Below, one piece after another: positions 17,350-19,177 of a stretch of DNA of 19,177 nt. A program made the translations under genes and the position numbers. Positions within the stretch are counted from its first letter, which is position 1. Each line of letters opens with the position of its first letter. The stretch comes from an uncultured Thermococci archaeon (GTDB lineage: Archaea; CAYQAE01; CAYVLA01): the NCBI GenBank assembly GCA_964549615.1, contig CAZJVP010000095.1:1-19177 (forward strand), in the 5' to 3' direction. Under the pieces are notes generated by a model that saw nothing but the letters and a program-made list of their open reading frames with translations, had not been told where the DNA came from and searched no databases.

Positions 17350-17462
17350 CTCACCTCACTTAGGTGTCGGGCTGGGCTTGAAAAGGAGCTTTCGAGACTC
17401 GCTTCATCCCGCGACTGAACGTCGAAAACCGGGACGGACATCGGAGTAGGCAAGACGGGCTC

Positions 17463-17759
17463 ATGTCCAATCAGGGAAGAAGAAATCGAGAGACGAAGGC
17501 GGAGATCCACCTAGGCATCACGGCCACGCTCGGGAACAGGAGCGTCCGCATCACCGGCACGGTGCACAACCAGTTTGCGGTTCCAGGGGTCTGGTTGCAG
17601 GGCTTCGTGCACTGCCATCTGAACAGACCGGGATGGCTGGCCAGTGCAGTGGAGCACTATCGCAGGCTTGGGGTACGATTTCATCGCGGGCATGGGTCAC
17701 AACAGGATGATATCCGCCTGAACGATGGGCAGGAAGATGTATTAGGTGGATGCGTGTAA
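17463..17759 (+). CDS. Possible small hypothetical protein
   Basis: 98-aa ATG ORF filling a gap and co-oriented with downstream genes; no recognisable motif. Confidence 0.3.
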   Translation: MSNQGRRNRETKAEIHLGITATLGNRSVRITGTVHNQFAVPGVWLQGFVHCHLNRPGWLASAVEHYRRLGVRFHRGHGSQQDDIRLNDGQEDVLGGCV

Positions 17760-17778
17760 CCGTTAGGCGATCGCGGAA

Positions 17779-18159
17779 ATGTCGTGGATGTGGTTTCGGC
17801 GGTTCAGGGTCAGCAATCCATGGAGCTTCTCGTTCTTGATGTTCTTTTGTGGCACGATGCTTGGCGGCGTTCTGTATCTGATCTGGCATCCGCTCCTCCA
17901 GGCATACATGGTCGGCCTGGCCGTGGCCTTTGCGCTACACGAGTTCCGGAAGCGGCTGTTCCGGGATCGGTCCGGCTTGGTTTGGCTGCCCTTCCTAGCG
18001 GGGCTGGCGTTCATCATCCTGTGGCCGGTCCGCGAGGACATACGTGGGCTGGGCTTCATCATCTGGATGTTCGCGGGCGTGTTCATCCTGAAATGGCAGA
18101 GAAGAAGAACTTCAGCAGCCGGCGATGCACAGGTCGCCGTGGCTCAGCAACCTTCCTGA
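17779..18159 (+). CDS. Small integral membrane protein (about 4 TM helices)
   Basis: Four hydrophobic segments separated by basic loops (RKRLFRDR, KWQRRR); ends about 20 bp upstream of the next gene. Confidence 0.75.
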   Translation: MSWMWFRRFRVSNPWSFSFLMFFCGTMLGGVLYLIWHPLLQAYMVGLAVAFALHEFRKRLFRDRSGLVWLPFLAGLAFIILWPVREDIRGLGFIIWMFAGVFILKWQRRRTSAAGDAQVAVAQQPS

Positions 18160-18179
18160 GGAAGGGGCGGTTGGGTTCA

Positions 18180-19177
18180 ATGGGATTGCACTCCGCAAGG
18201 GCACTCGGAGTCTCGATCGTCGCTCTCTTGTGCCTCAGCGGTGCTAGGGGCAAGGCCATAGACCTGCTCTACATATCTAGAGGCCTTGCCCAGGGTTCGA
18301 TCACCGACAAGATGCTCGGTGCCGACCCCGCGATCAACGTCCGCCCAGTGCCGATGCCGGGCCACTACTCGATCGGGTCCCTCGGCATGGATGCCGAGGT
18401 GATAAACCGGGCGATGAGGATCTACATGCCGAGGAACTACCAGCATCTGTTGGACAACTTCGACCTGGCCACCTTGCATGAGGCACCCTGCGGCGCGCCG
18501 GACTACCAGGCCGTCTACTTCGATGCAAAGTGGATGGACTGGTTCATCAAGGCGGTCGAGTCAGAAGGCTTCCACCTCTCCATGTGGGGAGGCGATGCAT
18601 CGTGGGGAGGCGAGAAGGGGGGTTTCTACCTCTCGTGGGGCGACACCATCATGGCAGCCATACTTCCATTCGAGTGCATACCCCGCTTCACCCACGGAAT
18701 CTCAATGCCGCACAGGATCAGGTTCCTGGAGAAGGGGAACCGCTTGGCCAACCTTCCCTGGAGCCAGGCGGGCCCGGTGGAACTCATGAACGAGGTCGTG
18801 CCCAAGGCGGGCTGCGTTGTCGTGGCGGAGGCGTACATTGGCGACTTCACCAATCCATGGATCGGCTACTGGCGGTACGGGAAGGGCAAGGTAACTGGCG
18901 AGACCCAGATATTCGGCAGCAGGGGCACGACCAACAGGATGATGCTGTGGGACTGGTACCAGGACTTCCTCATCTACCTGACCTATTTCGCGGCGGACAA
19001 GGAGATACCGGCCGACCTCTATCGGGCGCACAGGATCAGGGAGGAGATAAACACCCACATCGCAAAGGCCTCGATGCTGATCTCGCTTCTGGAGTTCGTC
19101 GAGCGCTTTGGCGCGAACACCGCAAGGCTCTACCGAGACCTGGACGCGATAGAGAAGGTGGAGAAGCAGGCCGAGCA
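18180..19177 (+). CDS. Secreted GATase/DUF1355-like protein, paralog D (runs off the window end; missing from the supplied ORF track)
   Basis: Translated by hand from ATG 18180 with no stop: MGLHSARALGVSIVALLCLSGARG...ADPAI...RIYMPRNYQHLLDNFDL...WFIKAVESEG...YWRYGKGKV...WDWYQDF...EIPADL...LEFVERFGANT, matching paralogs A-C. Confidence 0.88.
   Translation, partial: MGLHSARALGVSIVALLCLSGARGKAIDLLYISRGLAQGSITDKMLGADPAINVRPVPMPGHYSIGSLGMDAEVINRAMRIYMPRNYQHLLDNFDLATLHEAPCGAPDYQAVYFDAKWMDWFIKAVESEGFHLSMWGGDASWGGEKGGFYLSWGDTIMAAILPFECIPRFTHGISMPHRIRFLEKGNRLANLPWSQAGPVELMNEVVPKAGCVVVAEAYIGDFTNPWIGYWRYGKGKVTGETQIFGSRGTTNRMMLWDWYQDFLIYLTYFAADKEIPADLYRAHRIREEINTHIAKASMLISLLEFVERFGANTARLYRDLDAIEKVEKQAE

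Overview
A GC-rich accessory region, probably archaeal (inferred from TATA/BRE-like boxes 25-40 bp upstream of several genes and an archaeal-type Zn-ribbon tyrosine integrase fragment). The main structure is a UvrD/REP helicase gene split at a His-Lys codon pair by a 4,697-bp insertion (3441-8137). The insertion is flanked by 5-bp CACAA direct repeats, has AGT...ACT ends and carries no recognisable intact recombinase. It contains the C-terminal piece of a tyrosine integrase and two surface-protein genes, one with FG-GAP repeats. Almost the whole insert lies between 15-bp imperfect inverted repeats. Inverting it in silico restores the integrase motif SEMPSIYVHL and opens a longer C-terminal tail on the helicase 5' half. 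The rest of the window has five members (three complete, one cut by the window edge, one 5' relic) of a family of secreted, C-terminally anchored GATase/DUF1355-like proteins. It also has an iron-sulfur flavoprotein, two large hypothetical proteins, a small membrane protein and orphan fragments (VapC/PIN, M14 peptidase). No rRNA, tRNA or CRISPR array was seen.
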